A stretch of DNA of 64,000 nt from an uncultured Bacteroidales bacterium (GTDB lineage Bacteria; Bacteroidota; Bacteroidia; Bacteroidales; FEN-979): NCBI GenBank assembly GCA_963800585.1, contig CAWDBP010000008.1, positions 262,175 to 326,174 on the forward strand. Reading direction: 5' to 3'. Below are positions 45,376 through 54,624 of the stretch, piece by piece. Within the stretch, counting starts at the first letter, position 1, and each line of letters starts with the position of its first letter. The notes below the pieces were generated by a model, which saw nothing but the letters and a program-made list of their open reading frames with translations, had not been told where the DNA came from and ran no database searches. Made by a program: the position numbers and the translations under genes.

Positions 45376-48265
45376 ATGAACGGATTCTCGAGAAAACTGC
45401 AGATATCTTTACAAGAACTATGGAGATAAGATCTCTGAACTCTGCATTGTGCTTCCTAACCGCAGAGCAGGGCTGTTTCTTCAAAAATACCTCGGAAAAA
45501 GCATTGGAAAGACCATATGGTCACCCGCCATTTTTTCAATTGAAGATTTTATAATCAACATCTCAGGTCTCCGGATTTGCGATCCTGTGCAGGTATTGTT
45601 TGAACTATACGAGATCCACAAAGGGCTGGAAGGTCAAAATGCACAGCCTTTCGATGAATTTACGAGCTGGGCTCAGCAGTTGCTGGGAGATTTTAATGAG
45701 ATCGACAGTTACCTGGTCGATGCCTCGGATCTGTTTACTTTTCTGAATGAAGCTAAGGCACTCTCCATATGGAACCTGGATAATAAGCCCCTCACTGATT
45801 TTGAAAAGCAATACCTGCGTTTTTTTAATTCTCTGTATACCTACCATGAGCAATTGGAGATCAAGGCTCCTCGCTTCCAACCTTGCCTACCCTGGTCTTC
45901 TGTTCAGAAATACTGCCGGACAAATGTAATACGCTGTCTGAAAAGATGCAATGGGAGAAGATCATATTTGCCGGATTTAATGCATTGACGAAGGCAGAGG
46001 AAGCTATAATTGACAACCTTATTGCCTCAGGAAAAGCAGAAATGTTGTGGGATGCCGATGCTTATTACATGGAGGATGAAAAACAGGAAGCCGGTTTCTT
46101 TCTGAGGAAGTGGAAGAGGAAATGGAAAAACCAGCCCTTTAACTGGATCGAAAAGGATTTTGCCGCCTCACAGCAAAGATCAATATTATCGGAGTTCCTT
46201 TACATGTGGGACAGGCCAAGCTCTGCGGTGAATTATTAAACGATGACCTCCTGAACGATCAACCTTCTGAGAATACTGCCGTGGTAATTATGGATGAACA
46301 GCTTCTTTTACCGGTACTAAACTCACTTCCTCCGGTAGTTAAAGAATTGAATATTACGATGGGGCTCCCACTCCGGCAGACACCTGTATACGACCTCTTC
46401 GATACAATATTCCGGATGCACGAAAATACTCCAGGTTTGAAAGATCAGGAACCCCGGTCAAAGAAATGTTTTATTACCGTGACATACTGAAGGTCCTTCA
46501 ACATCCATATACAGCTCAAATGGCAGGAACGCTGCTAAAAGGAAATACCTTTGTTCTGGAAGAACTGATTGGTGAGGTACGTACCGGAAGCCGTGTTTTT
46601 CTTGGCAAAGAGGAATTGATCCGGGCTGGAACTGACATCTTTTCCGGCAGCCTTGGTTTCCTGGAACCGGTGTTTGATTCATGGAAGGATCCCCTGAAAA
46701 CGATTGATTCCCTTCGGAAGATAATTGAATATTTACGGAATGGGTTTGTCTCAGGGGATAAAGAAAAAGAATCGTATTCAGTTCGTATAGAAATAGAATT
46801 CCTTTATGCATTTTCAAAGATCATCTACAGGCTTTCGACCCTGATTGAAAAATATGACGCAATCAAAGACCTAAAGATATTTCATTCCCTGTTCAATCAG
46901 CTTGCAGGTTTAACATCGTTGCCCTTCTATGGCGAGCCATTGCGGGGATTGCAAATGATGGGAATGCTTGAGACACGAACCCTCGATTTTGATAACCTGA
47001 TCCTTCTCTCTGTAAACGAAGATCTGATTCCCAGCGGAAAAACCTCGCCATCCTTCATTCCCTTCGATATACGCCGTCATTTTCATCTTCCTACCTACCA
47101 GCATAAAAATTCAATCTATGCCTACCATTTCTATCGCCTGATACAGCGGGCAAAACAGGTCTATCTCCTGTACAACACCGAAAGTGACGAACTGGGAGGA
47201 GGTGAAAAAAGCAGGTTCATAAAGCAGATCCAGCAGGAACTAAGAATTTACAATCCCAACATCAGTATCGGGGATGAGATACTGGTTACCTCTCCATTGA
47301 AAAGTTTTTCTCTTCCCGACATCAGGGTTCCCAAAACAGACGGTGTCGCGGAGATGCTCATGACGAAAGCGGAAACCGGTTTCTCACCCACTGCACTGAA
47401 CAACTATATCCAGTGCACGCTGAAGTTTTATTTTGAGGACCTGCTCGGATTACGGGAAGAAAAAGAGCTGGAAGAAACCATTGATTCACAGATCCTTGGA
47501 CTTGCAATTCATGAAACTCTTGAGAAACTTTACCGGCCTTCCCAGGGAGTGCTTCTGACACAGGAAGCTATTGATGGAATGATCCCGCTTTACCAGGCAA
47601 TACTTGACGATGCATTTAAGAAAAAGTTCAAAGGATCAGATTTAGCCTATGGGAAAAATCTGTTGCTCGTGAAGGTAGCCGGTATCCTGGTAAAGAAATT
47701 CCTTGAAAAAGAAAAAAAACTGATCAGCGACTTCAAAACAGAGGGCAAAACAATCATAGTGACCTTCCTGGAAAAATTCCAGACAGGAAAGATCGGGATC
47801 AGGTTAGGAGATCAGGACCTGGAAGTTAAACTAAAAGGGTTTGTCGACCGCATAGATAAAATAGGGGAGGAGTGGAGAATTATCGATTATAAAAGCGGCA
47901 GTGTCGCTTCATCAGATCTGAAGTTTAAGGAGTGGGGTGAACTTAAAGAAGATTCTGACCACGCAAAGGCTTTTCAGCTTTATATGTATGCTTTGCTTTT
48001 CAGAAATGAAAGAAGTGAAAAACCGCTGAAGATCAGGGCAGGTATCATATCCTTACGAAAGCTGACCGGGGGATTTATGCAGGTGCCTTCACTATCTTCT
48101 GAAGAGAAAAAAGAGATTTCTATTAGTGAGGACGATCTGGCTTCGTTTGAGAATGTACTAAAAGAGATCCTCGAAGAAATTTATGACTTCGACATTCCAT
48201 TTATGCAGACAGAAGATGTGAAACGATGCGAAAACTGCGATTTTATCAACCTTTGCGAACGGTAA
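45376..48265 (+). pseudogene. AddB-like PD-(D/E)XK nuclease family protein, broken by about 5-6 frameshifts in its first ~1.1 kb
   Basis: Fragments 45376-45429, 45449-45988, 45883-46239, 46206-46490 and 46466-48265 read as one protein (...ISELCIVLPNRRAGLFLQKYL...). The intact C-terminus has IDRIDKIGEEWRIIDYKSG and CENCDFINLC. Confidence 0.7.
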
Positions 48266-48269
48266 CAGG

Positions 48270-49805
48270 TTACTCTGAAAATACTACGGCCTCATAAGTA
48301 TAGATTTCCGCGTCTTTCCAGCCATCCCATCCCAATCCCGCCTTATCACGTGAACAATGTCCGAGAAAATCCTCTATGGTCCATCCTGTTTCATTGGCCA
48401 CCTGGGGAAGAAATGTCCCTGAGCGGTAACCTTTTTTGATATAAATTCCATGTTTCCCTAAGACAATCTCATTAATAGAATGGATTTTTTTCAATGGCGT
48501 AAGCACGGAGATCTCGATCGAGATTTTTCCGGTTTCCGTCGGATCTACCCTGGGGAAACGGTTATCTTCGGTAGATGAAGCAATTGCCATTTCCTGGACG
48601 ACCTTGTAGAGTGGTTCTTCTGAACTGAAAAGCCCAACGCAGCCTCTAAGAGCTCCGTTTTCATGCAAGGTCACAAATGCACCCGAGGGTGTCTTCAACG
48701 TTTCTGAAAATCCCGAAGAATTAATATCGGGGGTTTTATTGTTATGGATGTATTGCTCCAAAGTCGTACGGGCGATCTTCAGCAGCTCCTTTTTATCTTT
48801 AGCAGTGAGGGAAAATCCCGGAGAAGGAGGAACAGCTTTTTCCTTTTTTGAAATCGCTATCGACCAGTATCCTACAACCTGCTTTTTATCCTGGTATTTC
48901 GAATCACCTGAGTTTTGGTAATGAACAGGTGTCATTGAAATGCCGGGTTCGTCTTCCGTCATGTAGAGCAATGTCAGCACCGATGTCCACCCGCACAGGC
49001 TGGTGGCCAGGTTTGTTACATTTTTATCTTCATTGGCTTTTAAGGTGCTCAGCAGTTTATCCGGATGGTTGGTGAGAATGGCATCACAGGTGTTCTTATC
49101 CACAACCAGTGCATCATCGTAGGGTGGGTAATGTGAGAAATCACTGCTGATCACAAACAGGTTCTTGCCGTTCATGTAAGGTCTCAATGCATTGGCAATC
49201 TTCTTGCAGGATTCAGACGACTGCGTCCCCAGGATGATTGGAACCAGTGTAAAGCTTTTCTTCAGGTGATACTGCAGAAATGGTACCTGGTCCTCTATGC
49301 AATGTTCCTTCAATTCTGCTTCTGGATGAAAAGAAAACACTGCATTTTCTTTTATAAGCTTATTCGCCAGTTCGATATTTACCTTTACTTTTCCAAGCGG
49401 AGTCTGGTAATCCCCGATGTTGTATATGGAGGCACCCATAAAGGATACATAATGGCTCGATCCGATAATAAACACGTTATCATATTGTTTATCAGGATCA
49501 AGCTGGTTATAACTACTCGCAGCCACAACGCCTGAAAATTCATAACCGGCATGCGGGCAAATAATAGCTGCAACATCTTTTACAGTTGAGGGTTTTGCTT
49601 TTGAGAAAAGGTCTCCCAACATAGCACGGAGGGCTGAAGGATCGGAGGGGTAAAAACTTCCGGCAACTGCCATTGGTCTGTCGACCAATGCAGGGGTTAC
49701 TTTGTTGTCCTGGGAATGGCAACCGGTTTCAGCCAGAAGAAAAATTAAAACCAGCCAAATCCAGGATTGGATCTTTTGCATATTTTTTATACATTTGGAC
49801 TTCAC
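48270..49805 (-). CDS. Fused AmmeMemoRadiSam system protein B (MEMO1-like) + protein A (AMMECR1 domain), with an N-terminal signal peptide/possible lipoprotein anchor
   Basis: N-terminal half: AGSFYPSDP...ICPHAGYEFSG...ISSDFSHYP. C-terminal half: GAFVTLHENGALRGCVG...EISVLTPL...GKHGIYIKKGYRSGTFLPQV. Leader: MQKIQSWIWLVLIFLLAETGC. Confidence 0.8.
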   Translation of the reverse strand: MKSKCIKNMQKIQSWIWLVLIFLLAETGCHSQDNKVTPALVDRPMAVAGSFYPSDPSALRAMLGDLFSKAKPSTVKDVAAIICPHAGYEFSGVVAASSYNQLDPDKQYDNVFIIGSSHYVSFMGASIYNIGDYQTPLGKVKVNIELANKLIKENAVFSFHPEAELKEHCIEDQVPFLQYHLKKSFTLVPIILGTQSSESCKKIANALRPYMNGKNLFVISSDFSHYPPYDDALVVDKNTCDAILTNHPDKLLSTLKANEDKNVTNLATSLCGWTSVLTLLYMTEDEPGISMTPVHYQNSGDSKYQDKKQVVGYWSIAISKKEKAVPPSPGFSLTAKDKKELLKIARTTLEQYIHNNKTPDINSSGFSETLKTPSGAFVTLHENGALRGCVGLFSSEEPLYKVVQEMAIASSTEDNRFPRVDPTETGKISIEISVLTPLKKIHSINEIVLGKHGIYIKKGYRSGTFLPQVANETGWTIEDFLGHCSRDKAGLGWDGWKDAEIYTYEAVVFSE

Positions 49806-49822
49806 TACAAAGTTAACAAATC

Positions 49823-51958
49823 ATGATCAGATTTGAAAACACATTAAAGATTTCTTTATTCACCCTGGGCTTTTCTTCACTTGCCACGCAGGTATTCCTG
49901 ATCCGTGAATGTTTCTCTGTATTGAATGGCAATGAACTCGTCATTGGACTGGTGTTGACAAACTGGATGCTGCTTACCGGGGCAGGCGCTTACCTTGGCA
50001 GATTTTTCGGAAAGATGAAAGGAAAAAAACAGTTCCTTCTATTCCTTCAATTCCTTTTTTCGTTGCTTCCAATATTGATGCTCTTAAAACTCGACCTCTG
50101 GAAAGCGGTCTCAATTCCCTCAGGTAGTGTGCCCGGGCTTATTCCCGTAATCCGTTCGATGTTTCTCTTTCAATTGCCGTTCTGCCTTGTTAATGGATTC
50201 CTGTTTGTCGCCTATGTCCATGAGTTGTCAGGAATAACCGGAAAGAATGCCTCCTCCGGTTCCTATGCTACCGAGTCCTTTGGAGGAATGTTTGCAGGAT
50301 TACTGGTGAATATTTTTGTTTTGAAATTTTCAGGAATGTATGATGGACTTCGTATCCTGCTGGTCATCAATCTTCTTGTGTGCATTCTCTATTCCATTAC
50401 TTGCGGTATCAGATCTCAGAAATTGATCATGATCCCTGTTTGCCTGATATTTATGGTAATCCCTTTTTTTACAGATCTTGATTCTTACACCTCGAAACTG
50501 TTTTATCCGGACCAGCATCTGATCTTTCATAAAAATACGGCTTATGGGAAACTGGATGTGACCATGAATGCCAGGCAGCTCAATTATTTTGAAAATGGAT
50601 TACTTCTCTTTTCTTCCAACAATGAAATTGTGAATGAAGAATCTGTTCATTTTGCCATGATTCAGCATCCGTCTCCAAAAAATGTACTATTGATTTCAGG
50701 AGGAATCTCCGGCACCTTGAATGAGATTCTGAAATACCATCCCACGCGTATTGATTATGTTGAGCTCGATCCCGGATTGATCGGCCTGGGACGAAGGTAT
50801 TCAAAGATCCTTGATGATACAAGAATTAATGTTATTCATGGGGATGCACGCCGGTTTATCAGGCAAACCCACGAAAAATATGACGTGGTGCTCGTGAACC
50901 TGCCTGAACCTTCGACATTGCTGATTAATCGCTTTTATTCCTCTGAATTCCTTCTGGAATTAAAAAAGGTTCTCAATCCGGGCGCGGTGGTTTGTCAAAG
51001 TTTGCCCACCACTTCTGACTATGTCAGCAAAACTGCTGCAAGAACAAATTCTATACTGGTTCAGACCCTGAAAACTAGCTTCCATAATGTGCTGGTGCTA
51101 CCAGGACAAAAAAACTATTTCCTCGCTTCAGACAGCAGTCTGTCACCGGAAATTGCAACAATGATTTCAGCACGGGGTATCTCTAATCTTTATGTAAACT
51201 CATGGTATCTCGATGAAAATTCACTGAAAGAAAGAAGTGAATACATCCAGGCTAACCTGGACAAGAATGCGCAAGTGAACAGTGACTTCAGGCCCGTTGC
51301 TTTTTTCCGGCAATTACATTATTGGACATCTATGTTTGAATGGAATGTGATTGCAACAGCGATCGTGATCATTGTTTTGATTTTAATTGTTTTCTTCAGT
51401 CTGAACAGGATCAGCCTTGGCCTTTTTACCGGTGGGTTTACAGCTTCCTCGCTTGAACTGTTGATCCTGGTTTCATTCCAGGTCATATATGGGTATGTCT
51501 TCCTGGCGACCGGAATCATCCTCGCTATATTCATGGCAGGACTTGCACTTGGCGCCTTTTCATTTCATAAGATCATCCATGTTCCTGATCAAAAAAGATA
51601 TATACACCTTCAACTTTGCCTTGCATTGTTTTCACTCGGATTTCCTTTCATCATCCTGGCTATAAACCTGCCCGGAATGCCCATAATTATTGTCCAGGTC
51701 GTTTTTCTTTTATTGACCCTCTTATTGTCATTTATTATTGGCCTTGAATTTTCAGTTGCCTCTGCCATCGGGAATAGAGATATTACGGTTAGAATGTCAT
51801 TCAATTACTCCGCCGACCTCTTTGGATCAGCAATAGGGGCAATAGTCACAACCTTAATTTTGCTTCCTTTCCTTGGTTTTGTTTATACTTGCTTCATCAT
51901 GGTCGCGTTGAATATTTTTAGTGCAGGTTTTCTTTATTTCAAGCAGAAAAAAGTGTAA
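49823..51958 (+). CDS. Fused polytopic membrane / spermidine-synthase-like (class I methyltransferase-fold) protein
   Basis: About 7 N-terminal TM helices, a central VLLISGGISGTLNEILKY...YVELDPGL...DVVLVNLPEPST domain, and about 5 C-terminal TM helices. Confidence 0.6.
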   Translation: MIRFENTLKISLFTLGFSSLATQVFLIRECFSVLNGNELVIGLVLTNWMLLTGAGAYLGRFFGKMKGKKQFLLFLQFLFSLLPILMLLKLDLWKAVSIPSGSVPGLIPVIRSMFLFQLPFCLVNGFLFVAYVHELSGITGKNASSGSYATESFGGMFAGLLVNIFVLKFSGMYDGLRILLVINLLVCILYSITCGIRSQKLIMIPVCLIFMVIPFFTDLDSYTSKLFYPDQHLIFHKNTAYGKLDVTMNARQLNYFENGLLLFSSNNEIVNEESVHFAMIQHPSPKNVLLISGGISGTLNEILKYHPTRIDYVELDPGLIGLGRRYSKILDDTRINVIHGDARRFIRQTHEKYDVVLVNLPEPSTLLINRFYSSEFLLELKKVLNPGAVVCQSLPTTSDYVSKTAARTNSILVQTLKTSFHNVLVLPGQKNYFLASDSSLSPEIATMISARGISNLYVNSWYLDENSLKERSEYIQANLDKNAQVNSDFRPVAFFRQLHYWTSMFEWNVIATAIVIIVLILIVFFSLNRISLGLFTGGFTASSLELLILVSFQVIYGYVFLATGIILAIFMAGLALGAFSFHKIIHVPDQKRYIHLQLCLALFSLGFPFIILAINLPGMPIIIVQVVFLLLTLLLSFIIGLEFSVASAIGNRDITVRMSFNYSADLFGSAIGAIVTTLILLPFLGFVYTCFIMVALNIFSAGFLYFKQKKV

Positions 51959-52061
51959 CTTTATGGTCGTCAAAATTTTTTAATTATTTCCGTCAAGGGG
52001 CTGACTATAAAGTTCTTTCTCATCGCGATGACACCAGGACGCTATTAATTTAGTAATTGAT

Positions 52062-52104
52062 TTAGCGTTTTTTTGCGTCTTAGCGTCTTCGCGGTGAAAA
52101 AAAA
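52062..52104 (+). repeat. 44-bp interspersed repeat, copy 2
   Basis: TTAGCGTTTTTTTGCGTCTTAGCGTCTTCGCGGTG + A-run. Compare 42461-42504. Confidence 0.8.
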
Positions 52105-52152
52105 TTTTAGAGTGCTCCCAATAAAAAATGCAGGGGCAATAGCATTAATCCA

Positions 52153-53317
52153 ATGGCCAAAAAGATATCAAAACGCGATTTTTTACGATACAGTGTTCTG
52201 GGACTTGGGGCAACAGCCGTAAGTGTTGGAACGGCAAGAGCTTTGGCAAAGGGAATGATCAACAAAGAGAATAATGTTTCTTCTGAGCCGCTGGATGACC
52301 TTGGGAAAATACACGCATGAGTCTCCTTATTACGTGCAAACTGCAAGAGGTGTCAAATGCCAGATATGTCCGAATAATTGTATGCTGAAAGAAGGCCAGG
52401 AGAGTCTTTGCCGAACCCATATTGTTAAAGATGGAAAACTTTATTCCATCGCCTATGGGAACCCTTGTTCCGTGCATGTTGATCCTATTGAAAAGAAACC
52501 TTTGTATCATTACCTTCCTTCCACTCACAGTTTTTCCATCGCGACTGCTGGATGTACCTTCGCCTGCCTGAATTGCCAGAATTGGGAGATATCACAGGAG
52601 AGTCCTAAAAATACGGCAAATATCGATCTGATGCCGGCGAAAGTGATGGAAGAAGCAGTTGAAAATGGCTGCAGATCAGTTGCTTATACCTATGCAGAAC
52701 CCATTGCATTTTATGAATACATGTATGACAGCGCTAAATTTGTCAGGGCAAGAGGATTAAAAAATATCCTGGTATCCAACGGATTCATTAACGAAAAACC
52801 ACTGCGTGACCTGTGCAAATACCTTGACGCGGCCAGCATAAATCTGAAAGGGTTCAACGAGGAGATCTATGAAAAACTTAATGGCGGCTCCCTGCAACCG
52901 GTCATGAATTCATTAAAGATCATTAAGGAAGAAGGAGTCTGGCTGGAAATCATCAATCTGATCGTTCCCGGCTGGACCGACAAACCGGATATGATCACAC
53001 AAATGTGCGATTGGCTGGCAAAATCAGGCTTTGAGGAAACACCATTGTCTTTCAGCAGATTCTTCCCGTTATATAAATTAAAGGATCTTCCTTACACTCC
53101 GCTTGACATCCTCGAAAAAGCACGCGAGATAGCAATGAAAGCAGGGATTAAATACGTCTACATTGGCAATGTCCCTGGTTCTCCTGCTGAAAACACCTAT
53201 TGTCCTACCTGTAAAAAAGTGGTTATCGAACGCAGAGGCTTTACCATTCTCAACAATTACATCAAAGATTCCGCTTGTAAGTTTTGCGGAACAAAAATTG
53301 CCGGTGTCTGGAATTAA
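52153..53317 (+). CDS. AmmeMemoRadiSam system radical SAM enzyme with a Tat-like (KR) signal peptide; one frameshift between the leader and the catalytic domain
   Basis: 52153-52320 encodes MAKKISKRDFLRYSVLGLGATAVSVGTARALA.... The 52274 ORF continues ...LGKYTHESPYYVQTARGVKCQICPNNC... with the radical SAM motif AGCTFACLNCQNW. The frames overlap in 52259-52320. Confidence 0.75.
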
Positions 53318-53332
53318 GTTATTCCTGACTTC

Positions 53333-53365
53333 TCACCCTTCACTCTTCACCCTTCACTCTTCACC
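53333..53365 (+). repeat. 14-bp tandem repeat (TCACCCTTCACTCT x ~2.4) inside a G-free tract
   Basis: Read directly. Lies between the convergent rSAM and EEP genes, overlapping the EEP stop codon. Confidence 0.8.
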
Positions 53366-54476
53366 AGTTTCCATCCCAAACATCAAGGTAAACCGGCAAA
53401 TGATCAGAAAATCCCCCAATATATCGTGGCCCCGAATAAGTACGGAATGGCTTCCCGCCAAAATATCTTTCATCCTCTTCCATCAGGAAAACAGAATGAT
53501 AAATATGGACTGAAACAGAAGAAGTTTTCACTCCTTTTCCCTTTGACAACATATTCCCTGAGACTATAAATTGGTCAAGAATGGACCATTTCCCCTGGAA
53601 TTTATAGGTTCCTTCGTTTATATTTTTCATCAAAGGCAGCATCAGGTTCACCAGTGTACTGGGAGTTGTTTGATTTGAATATGACACTGCTTTTAACACT
53701 TCACTTATGGCCGGCTGGTCGGGGTCATCATTGAAATCACCCATAATAACGATATGAGGATCAGGTTGTTTTTGTTGCAGGGAATCCAGGGCTGCACGAA
53801 GTGTCTGAGCGACTAACCTTCGTTTTGGAACACTTTCGGTGAAGCCTCCTAAGCGTGAGGGCCAGTGGTTAACGAAGATATGCACGGTATCTGCAGTAAA
53901 AAGAATCCCTTTCACATAAAGAATATCCCTGGTGTGCATTATCGAATCTGAAGGTAAGTAAATGCTGATCTTTCTTGAAAACAGTACCCTGAATACATCA
54001 GGACGATATAGAAGTGCCACGTCAATGCCACGTGTATCCGCCGATTCATAATGGATGAACTTGTATTTGTACTTCTTCAGTGGGGTTTCATAGATTATCT
54101 TGTTCAGCACATAACGGTTTTCTACTTCACAAACTCCGACCACAGCGGGAGGCTCCCATCCTCCTATGGCTATCAGTGTCTTTGACAGGTGATTAAGCTT
54201 CACAAAAAATTTATTGAAAGTCCATCTTTTTATCCCTTTACCCGTGAATTCTTTTTCCGGATTCAGGGTATCAGCATGTGGATCATAAAGATTTTCAAGA
54301 TTATAAAAAACGATTCTGACACTTTGACTGTTTTTTATAGCCGTATCAATCTTGGCATGGTTTTCGGAAGTTCCTCTATGCTGTCGTTCTGTCACTTTTT
54401 GACTGAAAGCAAGCAACGGGATCATAATCAGAAATAGTGTGAGGATGAGTCTCATAAGAAATGAAATGAACCACAT
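53361..54476 (-). CDS. Endonuclease/exonuclease/phosphatase (EEP) family protein, secreted
   Basis: Signal peptide, then VRIVFYNLENLYD, MGDFNDDP and FSDHLPVY motifs. Confidence 0.8.
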   Translation of the reverse strand: MWFISFLMRLILTLFLIMIPLLAFSQKVTERQHRGTSENHAKIDTAIKNSQSVRIVFYNLENLYDPHADTLNPEKEFTGKGIKRWTFNKFFVKLNHLSKTLIAIGGWEPPAVVGVCEVENRYVLNKIIYETPLKKYKYKFIHYESADTRGIDVALLYRPDVFRVLFSRKISIYLPSDSIMHTRDILYVKGILFTADTVHIFVNHWPSRLGGFTESVPKRRLVAQTLRAALDSLQQKQPDPHIVIMGDFNDDPDQPAISEVLKAVSYSNQTTPSTLVNLMLPLMKNINEGTYKFQGKWSILDQFIVSGNMLSKGKGVKTSSVSVHIYHSVFLMEEDERYFGGKPFRTYSGPRYIGGFSDHLPVYLDVWDGNW

Positions 54477-54624
54477 ATTAATCTGTCACAAACAAAAAAG
54501 TGACTGATTGACTGGAATAAAAATCCGAAATGTTAACAAAATTTAACATGGTATTAATATACTATTAAAAAACAGGAACCGTTTTCAAATCAACATTAAA
54601 TAACCTAAAAAAAGAAGAAGCTGT

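Noticed and set aside
44052-48265. higBA plus degraded genes as a prophage or integrative-element remnant
   Set aside because: There is no integrase, transposase, phage structural gene, tRNA target or direct-repeat boundary. The degraded genes are ordinary housekeeping types.
52107-52528. Minus-strand ORFs 52107-52346 and 52259-52528
   Set aside because: They are antisense to the Tat-like leader and the conserved N-terminus of the radical SAM enzyme. The sense-strand reading has clear family motifs.
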